DNA from: Candidatus Woesearchaeota archaeon
GTDB lineage: Archaea; Nanobdellota; Nanobdellia; SCGC-AAA011-G17; GW2011-AR17
Reading direction: 5' to 3'
NCBI GenBank assembly: GCA_009691355.1
Contig: SICW01000001.1
Span: 1 to 40,612, forward strand
Length of the DNA stretch: 40,612 bases
In this document: piece by piece, positions 10,059-20,423 of the stretch
How the letters are laid out: each line of letters starts with the position of its first letter
How positions within the stretch are numbered: the first letter of the stretch is position 1
Program-made: the position numbers and the translations under genes
The notes under the pieces: model-generated
Told to the model about the DNA's origin: nothing
Seen by the model: the letters and a program-made list of their open reading frames with translations, nothing else
Database searches by the model: none

Positions 10059-10385
10059 ATGGCAGTATCAAAAAAGAAAGATGATGATAGTAAAACATGG
10101 GCATTCCTAGGTGTTTTTCTCACGGTGATTGGATTTATTATTGTCCTTCTCACAAGAAAAGAAGACGAATATGCTATGTATTATGCAAAACATGGACTGA
10201 TTTTGTTTATTGGTTGGGTTGCATTTAGTCTCTTAGGAAGAGTTCCGGTTGTAGGATGGTATTTCTACATTGTTGGTGGTATCGCTCTGTTGATATTATG
10301 GGTTATGGCTTTTATTGGCGCTTTATCCGGAGAGAAAAAAAGGTTTTTGATTCTCACAGATCTTGCTGAGAAAATTAATCTTTAA
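10059..10385 (+). CDS. Small membrane protein, DUF4870-like
   Basis: Three hydrophobic segments, YYAKHGL; GAGGTGA Shine-Dalgarno before ATG 10059. Confidence 0.65.
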   Translation: MAVSKKKDDDSKTWAFLGVFLTVIGFIIVLLTRKEDEYAMYYAKHGLILFIGWVAFSLLGRVPVVGWYFYIVGGIALLILWVMAFIGALSGEKKRFLILTDLAEKINL

Positions 10386-10414
10386 TTTTTTTTATTATTA
10401 CTTATGGAGTATAC

Positions 10415-10672
10415 ATGAAACAAAAAATCAAAAAAACAAAGAAAAAAGTCAGTCAAAGTATGGCTATAGCGGCTTTACTTTTGAATGTGCTTCTTATGCC
10501 AGGCCTTGGAACAATTATTGCTGGAAGAACATCCGAAGGGCTTTTACAAATTATCCTTCTTGTTGTAGGTATTGCACTGTCCTTCTTCTTGATAGGCATC
10601 CCTATTGTGATTCTGGTCTGGATCTGGGGATTGGTTACTGGTGTTCAGTTAATCAAAGAAGCAGAGCAATAA
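10415..10672 (+). CDS. Small membrane protein (TM2-like)
   Basis: Basic N-tail, ALLLN..PGLG, LIGIP..WIWG. Confidence 0.6.
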   Translation: MKQKIKKTKKKVSQSMAIAALLLNVLLMPGLGTIIAGRTSEGLLQIILLVVGIALSFFLIGIPIVILVWIWGLVTGVQLIKEAEQ

Positions 10673-10703
10673 GTTTATAATTTCTTATTCTTTTTATTTT
10701 TCT

Positions 10704-11345
10704 ATGAACCCTACCCTTAAAACAGAGCTCATACAACTTGCAAAAAAATATAGTCATGATGATGACCCTTCTCATGATTTTGAACATATACTACGAGTAT
10801 TACGAAATGCAGAAATAATAGCTACAAAAGAAGGAGCAGACCTTGACATTGTTATTCCTGCTGCACTTTTTCATGACCTGGTGAACTATCCGAAGAACCA
10901 TCCTAAAGCAAAATTTTCTTCAGAACTCAGTGCACAAAAAACGGGAAAACTCTTACGAAAACTGAAAAACTATCCCCAGTATAAAATCCCTTCCGTAGAG
11001 CATGCTATATCTTGTTGTTCTTTTAGCAAAAAAGTTGTACCAAATAGCCTAGAAGGTAAAGTGGTACAAGATGCAGACTGGTTAGAAGCAACAGGTGCAA
11101 TTTCTATTATGAGAACTTTTGCTACAACTGGAATAATGAAAAGGCCATTTTATCACCTTGAAGATCATTTTTGTGAGCATAGAGAAGCAGAGCCACTCCA
11201 TTATGCTGTTGATCTTTTCTATGCCCGCCTGCTACGTGTACATGAAAGGCTGAATACGAAAACTGCAAAAGCACTTGCAAAACGAAGAACAGCATTCCTA
11301 CAAACATTTTTAGAAGAACTAAAATTAGAACTTCAAATGAAGTAA
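10704..11345 (+). CDS. HD-domain phosphohydrolase (YedJ-like)
   Basis: SHDFEHILRV, AALFHD, VQDAD.LEA.GA. Confidence 0.88.
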   Translation: MNPTLKTELIQLAKKYSHDDDPSHDFEHILRVLRNAEIIATKEGADLDIVIPAALFHDLVNYPKNHPKAKFSSELSAQKTGKLLRKLKNYPQYKIPSVEHAISCCSFSKKVVPNSLEGKVVQDADWLEATGAISIMRTFATTGIMKRPFYHLEDHFCEHREAEPLHYAVDLFYARLLRVHERLNTKTAKALAKRRTAFLQTFLEELKLELQMK

Positions 11346-11380
11346 TAAGCTTTATTAAGCCTATAAATACCCTCTTTTCC

Positions 11381-12739
11381 ATGGTTTTAGACAAATTAGG
11401 AAGCTCACTTAAGGAGACTTTATCTAAAATTGCAAAGAGTCTTTTTGTGGATGAAAAACTGGTTAATGAGCTTGTAAAGGACATTCAACGAGCACTCCTT
11501 CAATCTGATGTTAATGTAAAACTCGTGTTTGAACTCTCTACCTCCATTAAGAAACGAGCTCTTGATGAAAAAGTTCCCTCTGGTATTTCCCAAAGAGAAT
11601 ACTTGGTTACTATTGTGTATGAAGAACTCACTAAATTTCTTGGTGGAGAGAAGAATGAAATTGTTATTGATAAAACAAAAAAACCATTCAAAATTATGAT
11701 GGTTGGTCTTTTTGGCAATGGAAAAACTACGTCCTGTTCTAAAATCGCAAAGTATTATCAGAAAAGAGGATTTAAAATTGCAACTCTTGGGTTAGATGTA
11801 CACAGACCAGCTGCACCACAACAACTGAAACAACTTTCTGATAAACTGAGTATTCCTTGTTTTATTAATGAAAAAGAAAAGACTGCTTTGAAGATTTATC
11901 GAGAATTTGAAAAAAACTATAGTGAATATGACATTCTTCTTATTGATACAGCTGGGAGAGATGCCCTCTCTGAAGATCTTGTAGAAGAACTTTCTTCTTT
12001 AAACAAGGTTATTCAACCTGATGAAAAACTCTTAGTTATTTCAGGAGACCTTGGCCAAGCTGCACAGAAGCAAGCAGAGAGTTTCCATGCTTCTTGTGGT
12101 GTTACCGGAGTATTCATTACAAAGCTTGATGGAACTGCAAAGGGAGGAGGGGCCCTCAGTGCTTGTGCTGTTACTGGAGCACCTGTGAAGTTTATTGGAG
12201 TTGGAGAAAAAGCGGATGATATTGAAGTGTTTAATCCCAAAGGATTTGTAGGACGACTTCTAGGCATGGGAGATATTGAGGCATTACTTGAAAAAGCACA
12301 TGAAGCCATGAACCCTGAAACAGCTGAAGACCTGGGTAGAAAAATGTTAAAGGGAGATTTTAACTTCTTAGACCTCTATGAACAAATGGAAGCAATGGGA
12401 AAAATGGGACCACTTTCTAAAATTGTAGAAATGATTCCAGGTATGGGTGGCATGAAAATCCCCAAAGAAATGCTTGAGGGACAAGAAGGGAAATTAAAAA
12501 AATGGAAAATTATTATGAGTAGTTGCACAAAAGAAGAACTTGAAGATCCAGAGATTATTTCCCGAGAGAGAATTGATAGAATTGCAAATGGTTCTGGTAC
12601 GAGCGTTGGAGAAGTACGAGAACTATTGAAACAGTACAAGCAAAGCAAAAAAATGATGAAGATGATGAAAGGGATGGATGACCCTGAAAAAATGATGAAA
12701 AAGTTTAAAGGGAAAATGCCCAAAGGATTTGGAATGTAA
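11381..12739 (+). CDS. srp54: Signal recognition particle protein Srp54
   Basis: NG GTPase motifs (GKTT, DTAGR, TKLDGTAKGGGALS), GRLLGMGD, Met-rich M domain. Confidence 0.97.
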   Translation: MVLDKLGSSLKETLSKIAKSLFVDEKLVNELVKDIQRALLQSDVNVKLVFELSTSIKKRALDEKVPSGISQREYLVTIVYEELTKFLGGEKNEIVIDKTKKPFKIMMVGLFGNGKTTSCSKIAKYYQKRGFKIATLGLDVHRPAAPQQLKQLSDKLSIPCFINEKEKTALKIYREFEKNYSEYDILLIDTAGRDALSEDLVEELSSLNKVIQPDEKLLVISGDLGQAAQKQAESFHASCGVTGVFITKLDGTAKGGGALSACAVTGAPVKFIGVGEKADDIEVFNPKGFVGRLLGMGDIEALLEKAHEAMNPETAEDLGRKMLKGDFNFLDLYEQMEAMGKMGPLSKIVEMIPGMGGMKIPKEMLEGQEGKLKKWKIIMSSCTKEELEDPEIISRERIDRIANGSGTSVGEVRELLKQYKQSKKMMKMMKGMDDPEKMMKKFKGKMPKGFGM

Positions 12740-12740
12740 G

Positions 12741-13340
12741 GTGAAAATATTTCTTCATGAGGGTGCTGAGGCAAAAATTTATTTCTCTGATGGAACTGTC
12801 ATTAAAGAACGTTTGAGTAAAGATTATAGACATAAAGATCTGGATATGTCTATTCGAAAGAAAAATACCCGAAAAGAAGCAAAACTTTTACAAAAAGCAG
12901 GAGAATATATTCCTGTACCAAAAGTTCTTGGACACTCTGATAAAGAGATGGTTATACAAATGGAGTTTATTGAAGGAAAAAAACTAAGGGATGTTATTGA
13001 ATCTATTGATAGAAAGAATATTTTTACTCGCGTAGGAAGAAAAATTGCAAAACTGCACAACGCAAGTATTATCCATGGGGATTTGACTACGTCAAATATT
13101 CTTATTCATGATAAAGTCTATTTTATTGATTTTGGACTAGGATTTATTTCAACGAAAATAGAGGACAAAGCCGTTGATTTGCATATCATCAAGAAGGCAC
13201 TTGAAAGTAAACATTATACACATGCAGAAGAGTGTTTCACATACCTTTTAGAAGGCTATACAGAAGAAAACAAAGAAACGGAAGCAATTCTCCGACGACT
13301 AGACAAGGTTGAGAAGAGAGGGCATTACAAACAGAAGTAG
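12741..13340 (+). CDS. bud32: KEOPS complex kinase Bud32
   Basis: GAEA loop, HGDLTTSN, IDFGL, EDKAVDL; GTG 12741 start assumed. Confidence 0.92.
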   Translation: MKIFLHEGAEAKIYFSDGTVIKERLSKDYRHKDLDMSIRKKNTRKEAKLLQKAGEYIPVPKVLGHSDKEMVIQMEFIEGKKLRDVIESIDRKNIFTRVGRKIAKLHNASIIHGDLTTSNILIHDKVYFIDFGLGFISTKIEDKAVDLHIIKKALESKHYTHAEECFTYLLEGYTEENKETEAILRRLDKVEKRGHYKQK

Positions 13341-14072
13341 TTAGATAGGAAAGTCTAATTTTACTTGTTCTTCATAGTTAAACTTTTCATACGTTTCATC
13401 ATAACGTTCTAAACAGTCCGTAATGATATTCTCTACTCTTCTTTCTACTAGAGTTACTCTCTCTCCACCTGTTAAAGGAGAATAATATGTATAGGGGTAG
13501 CTAACACCGAAATCATGGATATATCTTTTTACATTGGATTTAAACGTTCTTTTTTCCCAAAATGTTCCTCCACTTCTTCTGGAGTTATATTCTTTGACTA
13601 ATTCTATTGATTTCCTTAAAAAAGTAGGAAACAATAGATCTTTTCTCAATTTTGTTTCTCCCATTAATTGCATAACTTGAAAGTTAAATATTATGGACTC
13701 AGAAGGAATTTCTACATCTCCAGACCTATTAATATTTTCTTGGACTATAAGTTCTATGCCACTCTCTTTAGCATATCCATCCAGTCCTCTAGAATGTCCA
13801 TAAGAGCTTGAGGAAAACTCCAATGCTAATCCAGAATATAACCATCTTTCTTTTAGAACACAACCTCTTACTATGATGAGAGGAGTTACTTTGCACTGCG
13901 TTAAGCTTCTATATTCTTCGTCTTTTAATTGAAAGCTTTTCCCATCTTGAATACTATACACATCCTCATGGAAGTCGCTTACTCCCCCTTTAGGATTAAA
14001 TTTGCTTAGGTTGAATTTTCTCATCTTCTCTTTATTTAGTAGTAACAGCTTATTGTTAAAAGTATCTGCCAT
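13341..14072 (-). CDS. Hypothetical protein
   Basis: ~243 aa ORF filling the gap between bud32 and the Lrp gene; no motif recognised. Confidence 0.6.
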   Translation of the reverse strand: MADTFNNKLLLLNKEKMRKFNLSKFNPKGGVSDFHEDVYSIQDGKSFQLKDEEYRSLTQCKVTPLIIVRGCVLKERWLYSGLALEFSSSSYGHSRGLDGYAKESGIELIVQENINRSGDVEIPSESIIFNFQVMQLMGETKLRKDLLFPTFLRKSIELVKEYNSRRSGGTFWEKRTFKSNVKRYIHDFGVSYPYTYYSPLTGGERVTLVERRVENIITDCLERYDETYEKFNYEEQVKLDFPI

Positions 14073-14123
14073 ATTCTTTGACAAAACGCAATATTTATAT
14101 ATTAAAATAGAGATATATCAATA

Positions 14124-15086
14124 ATGGAGTTAGACACAAGAGATCGAAAATTACTTTATTCCATGGATTTCTCTGCTCGTCAGCCTTTATCACAAATTGC
14201 TCGATCTCTGAGGATTTCAAAACAGGCATTAACATATCGTTTAGAAAGATTAGAGAAGGAAAATATCATTCAAGGATACTATTGTGATATCAACCCTTCA
14301 AAGATAGGTCTTACTATTTATCTTGTTTATTTCAAATTTCACAAACTTTCTCCAGACAAAGAAAAGAATTTTACCTCATTCCTTACAACTAAAGAAGGTG
14401 TTGGGGTGAATGTCTCACTTCAAGGAGAATGGGACTATTGTATTGGAATATGGGCGAAAGATATTTTTCATTTTAAAAGACTTTATAGAGAAACTATGAA
14501 ACATTATGAAACATACGTTAAAGAAAAAAGGATCATGATTGAAACAGACTTTTTCTATTTTAAACCCCAAGCTATCCTTAATCTTAAGGAGAATAAACAA
14601 ATCACTATGGAAGGATCAATGGAAGTTATAGAAATTGATGCTATTGACCAGGAGATTATTAGGTCTCTTTCAAAGAATGCAAGAATTTCACTTGTAGAAC
14701 TTGCTCAAAAAACTCATTTGAGTCCAAATGCTATCAAAGCAAGAATAAAATACTTAGAGAAAGAAAAAATTATCTTAGGTTATAGAGTCATGATTAACTA
14801 CCAAGTCTTAGGATTCTTACACCACAGGATATTTTTACATTTAGAGAATATTACTGAAGACAAAGAAAAGAAGATTATTCATTTTTTAAAAAGTAGGAAA
14901 GAGGTTCTTTCCGTTACTAAAACTATTGGCTTTTGTGAATTAGAATTTAGATCAATAACTTTAGATATTCATGAACACTACAAGCTCCTAGAAGAACTTA
15001 AAACTGCTTTTCCAGATACTATAAAGAGCCATAATTCTGTGATTTATTACAAATTTCACCAAACTCTTAACTATTTTCCTTTTTGA
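14124..15086 (+). CDS. Lrp/AsnC family regulator with two tandem HTH-RAM units
   Basis: LDTRDRKLL..ARQPLSQIA and IDAIDQEII..NARISLVELA, each followed by LE.E.II.GY. Confidence 0.9.
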   Translation: MELDTRDRKLLYSMDFSARQPLSQIARSLRISKQALTYRLERLEKENIIQGYYCDINPSKIGLTIYLVYFKFHKLSPDKEKNFTSFLTTKEGVGVNVSLQGEWDYCIGIWAKDIFHFKRLYRETMKHYETYVKEKRIMIETDFFYFKPQAILNLKENKQITMEGSMEVIEIDAIDQEIIRSLSKNARISLVELAQKTHLSPNAIKARIKYLEKEKIILGYRVMINYQVLGFLHHRIFLHLENITEDKEKKIIHFLKSRKEVLSVTKTIGFCELEFRSITLDIHEHYKLLEELKTAFPDTIKSHNSVIYYKFHQTLNYFPF

Positions 15087-15134
15087 GCTTGACTTCCAAA
15101 ACATTTATTAAGAGACTTTTTCTCCAGACTAGAA

Positions 15135-16811
15135 TTGGCACAGACAACACTTCCAGGGGCAACAACAGGAAAGAAAGAGAGACATATTGCTGAAATCCTT
15201 GCAGAGAAACAACAATCCATTTCTATTTCAGAATTTTTTACAAAGAATAGACATCTCCTTGGCTTTGATAATCCCCGAAAAGCACTTCTTACTACGGTTA
15301 AAGAGATGGTAGATAACTCTTTAGATGCATGCCAGGAAATGAAAGTTCTTCCCGAAATTAAAGTTATTCTTGAAGAAACCAGCCCAGATAAATATAAGGT
15401 AACTGTAGAAGATAATGGGCCAGGAATTGTACGAAAACAAATACCTAATATTTTTGCAAAACTCTTGTATGGAAGCAAGTTCCATAGGCTAAAAATGAGT
15501 AGAGGTCAACAAGGAATTGGAGTCTCTGCATCTGTTCTTTATGGACAACTGACTACAGGAAAACCTGTACGTATTATTTCCAAAATTGGACCAACAGTAA
15601 AATCACATTATTTTGAACTTCATCTGAATACAAAAACAAACGAACCAGAAATTATGAAAGATGAAGAGAGAGAATGGGAAAATAAAGATCATGGAACAAA
15701 AGTACAAATAGAACTAGAAGGGAAATATCAACAAGGGAAATTAAGTGTTGATGAATTCTTACAGCTCACTTCTATTTCTAATCCTGAAGCAACTATTATT
15801 TACAAAGGGCCAAATGCTGAAGCAGTAGAGTTTACACGAGCAAGCAAGGATTTACCTCGAGAAGCAAAAGAAATCCAGCCTCATCCTTATGGAGTAGAAT
15901 TAGGAACACTCATGCGTATGCTTTTGGATACAAAATCTCCAAGCCTCCAAAGTTTTCTTCAGAACGATTTCTGTCGTGTGAGTGCTTCTGTTGCAAAAGA
16001 GATTTGTGACAAATCTGGCCTTGAAGAACGAATGAAACCTTCTTCTATTTCTAGAGATGAAGTGGAGAAAATATTCAATGCTATCAAACAGATAAAAATT
16101 ATGGCCCCGCCAACAGATTGCCTCTCTCCTATTGGAGAAGAACAAATGCTCAAAGGATTGAAAAAAGAAATTAATGCAGAGTTTTATGCTGCAGTTACAC
16201 GAGCACCTGTAGTCTATAGAGGATTTCCATTCCAATTAGAAGTGGCAATTGCCTATGGCGGAGATCTTCCTAAAGATGAATTTGCACGTGTGATCCGATA
16301 TGCAAACCGTGTACCATTGCAACATCAGCCTGGGGCATGTGCACTGACACGATCTATTATTCAAACAGCATGGAAAAACTATGGAATCTCACAATCTAAA
16401 GGAACATTACCTACTGGACCTATTGTTATCATGGTACATATGGCTTCTGTGTGGGTGCCATTTACATCCGAAAGTAAAGAGGCTGTTGCATCATACCCAG
16501 AGATTATCAAAGAAGTTCGATTAGCTATACAAGATGCTGGAAGAAAATTAGCTTCTTACATTCGAAAAAATGTCAGGGCGAAGGAACAGCAAGAGCGAAT
16601 AGGTTTATTTGAGAAGTATATCCCTGAATTAGCTGCATCACTTGCCACACTTACTGGAGAGAAAAAAAGTGAAATTGAAGAAGAGTTACTGAAGATATTA
16701 AAGAAAGAGTTAAAAGGATTACTTGTTGAAGTGAAAGAAGCAGAAAAAGAAGAAATTACCCCTGATGGCGTTGCGTATGGAGAAAAACAGAAGGGGTTAG
16801 ACAATGAGTAA
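15135..16811 (+). CDS. top6B: DNA topoisomerase VI subunit B
   Basis: KEMVDNSLDA, EDNGPG, SRGQQGIG, PHPYG, ANRVPL, VPFTSESKEA. Confidence 0.97.
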   Translation: MAQTTLPGATTGKKERHIAEILAEKQQSISISEFFTKNRHLLGFDNPRKALLTTVKEMVDNSLDACQEMKVLPEIKVILEETSPDKYKVTVEDNGPGIVRKQIPNIFAKLLYGSKFHRLKMSRGQQGIGVSASVLYGQLTTGKPVRIISKIGPTVKSHYFELHLNTKTNEPEIMKDEEREWENKDHGTKVQIELEGKYQQGKLSVDEFLQLTSISNPEATIIYKGPNAEAVEFTRASKDLPREAKEIQPHPYGVELGTLMRMLLDTKSPSLQSFLQNDFCRVSASVAKEICDKSGLEERMKPSSISRDEVEKIFNAIKQIKIMAPPTDCLSPIGEEQMLKGLKKEINAEFYAAVTRAPVVYRGFPFQLEVAIAYGGDLPKDEFARVIRYANRVPLQHQPGACALTRSIIQTAWKNYGISQSKGTLPTGPIVIMVHMASVWVPFTSESKEAVASYPEIIKEVRLAIQDAGRKLASYIRKNVRAKEQQERIGLFEKYIPELAASLATLTGEKKSEIEEELLKILKKELKGLLVEVKEAEKEEITPDGVAYGEKQKGLDNE

Positions 16812-17889
16812 AGAAGATTCAAAAAATGCATTGAAAGATCTTGGAGCAAAAATTGTGCACCAAGTGAAAAAAGGGAAGAACCCAGAAATGGTGTTTCCTC
16901 TGAGAAATTTAAGTAATATTGTGTATGATAAAAAGTCTAAAACTTTGAAACTAGGGAATAAAACCGGAACGAGAAGTTTCTTTAATGTTGCACACTCGAA
17001 GAAATTTTTGCAGACTGTGGAGGTTGCTTCTGTCATTAAAGATAAACTCTTAGATAGCGGAAAGCATTCTAGTCTGCGAGATGTGTTTTATATGGTTAAA
17101 AAGACTATTCCTGGAACTAAGGTTAATCTTGTTGATGATCAAACAGAGTCGGATAAAGCAATTGAAGATCTTGAAGTCATGACCGGAATCTCTCGAGAAG
17201 AAATGCATGTGAATGCAAATAAGAATGGGAGTGTCGCTGGAAAAGTTATTATTGAAGATAGAGGGGATACCATTGATTGGAGTAAGTTAGGTAGTGGAGG
17301 ATGGTCTATCCCATCAAATGTGGAAGAAATTACATTCAAAAAAGTTGATGCGAAGTATGTCTTGTACATGGAAAAGGCTGCTGTATGGGAAAGGTTAAAT
17401 GAAGATAAATATTGGCAAAAAAATGATGCTATTATTCTTGCATCTCAGGGGCAAACAACACGAGGTATTCGGAGACTGCTTCAAAGGCTTTATGAAGAAT
17501 ATAATCTCCCGATTTATGTCTGTTGTGATGGAGATATATATGGTGCATATATTTACTCTGTGATTAAGTATGGCTCTATTGCCCTTTCTCATGCTTCAGA
17601 AAGACTCACTATTCCTAGTGTAAGGTATATTGGAATTACTATGGATGATATAGAGAAATATGACTTAAAAAAACATTTTATTACTCTTGATGAAAAGGAC
17701 TATGCACGAATTAAACAAGTTTCTGAGTATGAATGGTTTAAAGATAATAAAGACTGGCAGAGACAGTTCAAGATGATGAAAGAGTTTAAAGCAAAAGTAG
17801 AAATTCAGGCTTTAAGTGCGCGAGGAATTAGTTTTATCTCTGAAGAATACTTGCCTAAAAAAATAAAGAATAAAGAATTTTTAGATTAA
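16804..17889 (+). CDS. top6A: DNA topoisomerase VI subunit A
   Basis: LRDVFY catalytic Tyr; TOPRIM EK, DGDIYG; KVEIQAL. Confidence 0.97.
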   Translation: MSKEDSKNALKDLGAKIVHQVKKGKNPEMVFPLRNLSNIVYDKKSKTLKLGNKTGTRSFFNVAHSKKFLQTVEVASVIKDKLLDSGKHSSLRDVFYMVKKTIPGTKVNLVDDQTESDKAIEDLEVMTGISREEMHVNANKNGSVAGKVIIEDRGDTIDWSKLGSGGWSIPSNVEEITFKKVDAKYVLYMEKAAVWERLNEDKYWQKNDAIILASQGQTTRGIRRLLQRLYEEYNLPIYVCCDGDIYGAYIYSVIKYGSIALSHASERLTIPSVRYIGITMDDIEKYDLKKHFITLDEKDYARIKQVSEYEWFKDNKDWQRQFKMMKEFKAKVEIQALSARGISFISEEYLPKKIKNKEFLD

Positions 17890-20132
17890 GAGTAGATTAT
17901 ATTTCTTGCTTCAGGGGCTTCTCTATTCACTTCTCGAAGATCTTTGTAGATGGTTGAAGTAGATACACCATACACTGCTGCAAGGGATCTTACAAGCTCT
18001 GCTTTAGGCTTTCCTAAACCATATTGCAAAGATCTTTCCCAAACGTCAAACCTTCTGTCTTGCATTTCTCTGTGAAGCATTCCTTCACGTGTATCTGGAA
18101 GAGAATCTGTTTTTAGATCTTGAGCAGTGATTTTTTCATCTAAGCCTTCATTGACAAATCGAATTATTTCTTTTACTGTCATATAGGTTTCTCTATCCCT
18201 TCTCTCTCCCGCTTTCATGTAAAGATCTCGTGCAAGTTCAAGACGCTCTTCTCTTACAACAGAAGGATCAATACTATTAGATGTTGGTTCTCCACTATCT
18301 TGTGTTTGGTTGTACTGACGTGCAACATTGAGAATCACATCTCCCATTAATAATGGGTCTTCTACGAATGGAAGATCTCTTTCTATTTGACGAAGCTCAA
18401 AGTACTCTTGTGTGATTCTTCCTAGGCCGGGAAGTTCTGTACTTTCAAAATTATCGTGCACAATCCTTTCCAAAGATTCTTGTACTTCTTGGGGAAGAGG
18501 AGTTGAAATAAATTCTTTTGGTGCAGCTACAACCAAGGTATCAGCTCTGTAGACTACATTTCTTTTTCCATCTTTCATTCCTTCAGGAGAGAAATCTGCT
18601 CTATGCACAAGAGGAGAAGGATTCTTTTTGTGATCTAAGTTTGCATCAAGAACGTCTCTGGTTAGATCTATGATCGGAGCAACTTTATCCCTGTCTAATG
18701 ACCGAATATGGGTTGTGTTTGCAGATACAACAAGACTAACTTGTTCTGAAGCTAGCCATTGGGCAAGGTCATATAAGGCTTCTCTGTTCCATCCATTTTC
18801 GATCATCGCAGCTATATACTGAGATGTTCCTACACCTGGAAGAACAAATTTTATGCTAAGAGTATCATCAGAAGGATCTGCTCCATCATTAAGATTATAG
18901 GTAAAGATTCTTTCGTCTTCATCTTCTTTTCTTCTTCGACTAGGGAGGATAGCTTCTGCTAAAACGCCTCTTGCTGTATCTTTATCTTTAGGCTCTGCAC
19001 TTTTTACAATAGGACCTTCTACAGGAGCTTGTGCAACTTGTGTTTGTTCTATAGTGAGTTCTAAAGGAACTTCTGCATAAATAACATTTCTTGTTGGATC
19101 TTTTAATCCTTTAAGAGTCAATCTTTCTTTATAGACATCATCAGGATTTTGCTCTGCAATCACTTCTACAAGACCAAGGACTTTACGCAACTCCACTTTT
19201 GTTGCATGAGGCAAATCTCTTTGCGTTGCACGAAGCTTGGACTCTTGCCAACTTAAAGACATAGCTGCAAGATTTTCAAGACTATCATTTTGTGCAATAA
19301 CTGCAGCATAATTTGCAAGGCCAAGACCTTTGATAGGACGGATAGTAAGAGTATTATTTTCATACGTGAATATCTTTTGTGACTTACCAGCTACTGAGAT
19401 GGGTAACTCTGTCATTTCAGGAAGAGGTTCTTCAATATGGACTCTTGTTTCTGGAAGAGGAAGGGGAGATTCAGCTACAATAGGCTCTGGTTTATGAGAA
19501 GCATTATAATTAAGAAAACTGGTTACTACTCCACATCCGATTATAGCTGCTCCTTGTATAGCAAGGCGAGTACCAAGAATTATACCTGTAGGCAAATAAC
19601 TTGGAGATGGAGATCTTTTTGGAACGGATGTAAAAGGAAGAGGAGATTCTTTAACCACTTTAGGCTCTTTTGGAACATAAGGAAGGGGTGCAGCTGGATC
19701 TTCTTCTGCAAGTGCTGGTAAAGGTTCATTATCAGTTGCTCCGCTTGCCCCAGGTAGAACATCTACTCTTCCGGTTGAGCCTACAACAATAGTATCTCTT
19801 TGATATGTTGGGGCATCTTGTACGCGATCAGAGCCACCCAAGGCAAGAAGACCATTATCTACAACTTGAGGTCCATCAGGATCAGTATGCACTTCTCTAG
19901 GATGGACGTGATATACAGCAATTTGCATTGCTCTGCTACCATCACTAGAAGGTACAAGCCTTTTTCCAAGAACAAGGTCTTCTGATTGGAGATGTACTTC
20001 AGCTTTTCCCATTAATAGCTTTATAGCCATGGGAGTCATACCATCTGTTCTTAATTTCTGTTTTAATGCAGGAATATCTCCTCCAGTTCTCATTTGGTGT
20101 ACAACTTCATCTAACACTTTATTATCAGTCAT
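17886..20132 (-). CDS. Hypothetical membrane-anchored protein with internal duplication and C-terminal HTH
   Basis: 748 aa; Pro-rich linkers; one hydrophobic segment (~aa 183-208); LAAVYGVSTSTIYKDL HTH. Confidence 0.7.
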   Translation of the reverse strand: MTDNKVLDEVVHQMRTGGDIPALKQKLRTDGMTPMAIKLLMGKAEVHLQSEDLVLGKRLVPSSDGSRAMQIAVYHVHPREVHTDPDGPQVVDNGLLALGGSDRVQDAPTYQRDTIVVGSTGRVDVLPGASGATDNEPLPALAEEDPAAPLPYVPKEPKVVKESPLPFTSVPKRSPSPSYLPTGIILGTRLAIQGAAIIGCGVVTSFLNYNASHKPEPIVAESPLPLPETRVHIEEPLPEMTELPISVAGKSQKIFTYENNTLTIRPIKGLGLANYAAVIAQNDSLENLAAMSLSWQESKLRATQRDLPHATKVELRKVLGLVEVIAEQNPDDVYKERLTLKGLKDPTRNVIYAEVPLELTIEQTQVAQAPVEGPIVKSAEPKDKDTARGVLAEAILPSRRRKEDEDERIFTYNLNDGADPSDDTLSIKFVLPGVGTSQYIAAMIENGWNREALYDLAQWLASEQVSLVVSANTTHIRSLDRDKVAPIIDLTRDVLDANLDHKKNPSPLVHRADFSPEGMKDGKRNVVYRADTLVVAAPKEFISTPLPQEVQESLERIVHDNFESTELPGLGRITQEYFELRQIERDLPFVEDPLLMGDVILNVARQYNQTQDSGEPTSNSIDPSVVREERLELARDLYMKAGERRDRETYMTVKEIIRFVNEGLDEKITAQDLKTDSLPDTREGMLHREMQDRRFDVWERSLQYGLGKPKAELVRSLAAVYGVSTSTIYKDLREVNREAPEARNIIYS

Positions 20133-20293
20133 TTTGAATATCCTTTATTTAGGTTATAACTCTGGAGGGACTAATTTTAGTATATAAAGGTTTTGGTTTT
20201 GTTTTTTACAGCTTTTTGTTGCATTTTTTTAGGCCATTTTCTCAGTGAGTAATAGAAATATATTTAAAGTGTCCAAAACTTTTAGCATTTTAC

Positions 20294-20423
20294 GCCCTGG
20301 TAGCTCAGCGGTGGAGCACTTTTAGAAATATTTGTGTTTCTAGAGCTTAGGCGGCTGTTAACTCAGCACAATACTGCTGGACTAGATACCGCGCGGTCGG
20401 CGGTTCGATCCCGTCCCAGGGCG
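20294..20423 (+). tRNA. tRNA-Asn(GTT) with two introns (20320-20350 at 27/28; 20361-20387 at 37/38)
   Basis: Acceptor GCCCTGG/CCAGGGC, D stem GCTC/GAGC, spliced anticodon arm CGCGG-CTGTTAA-CCGCG, T arm GGCGG-TTCGATC-CCGTC; TATA at ~20261; CCA not encoded. Confidence 0.92.
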
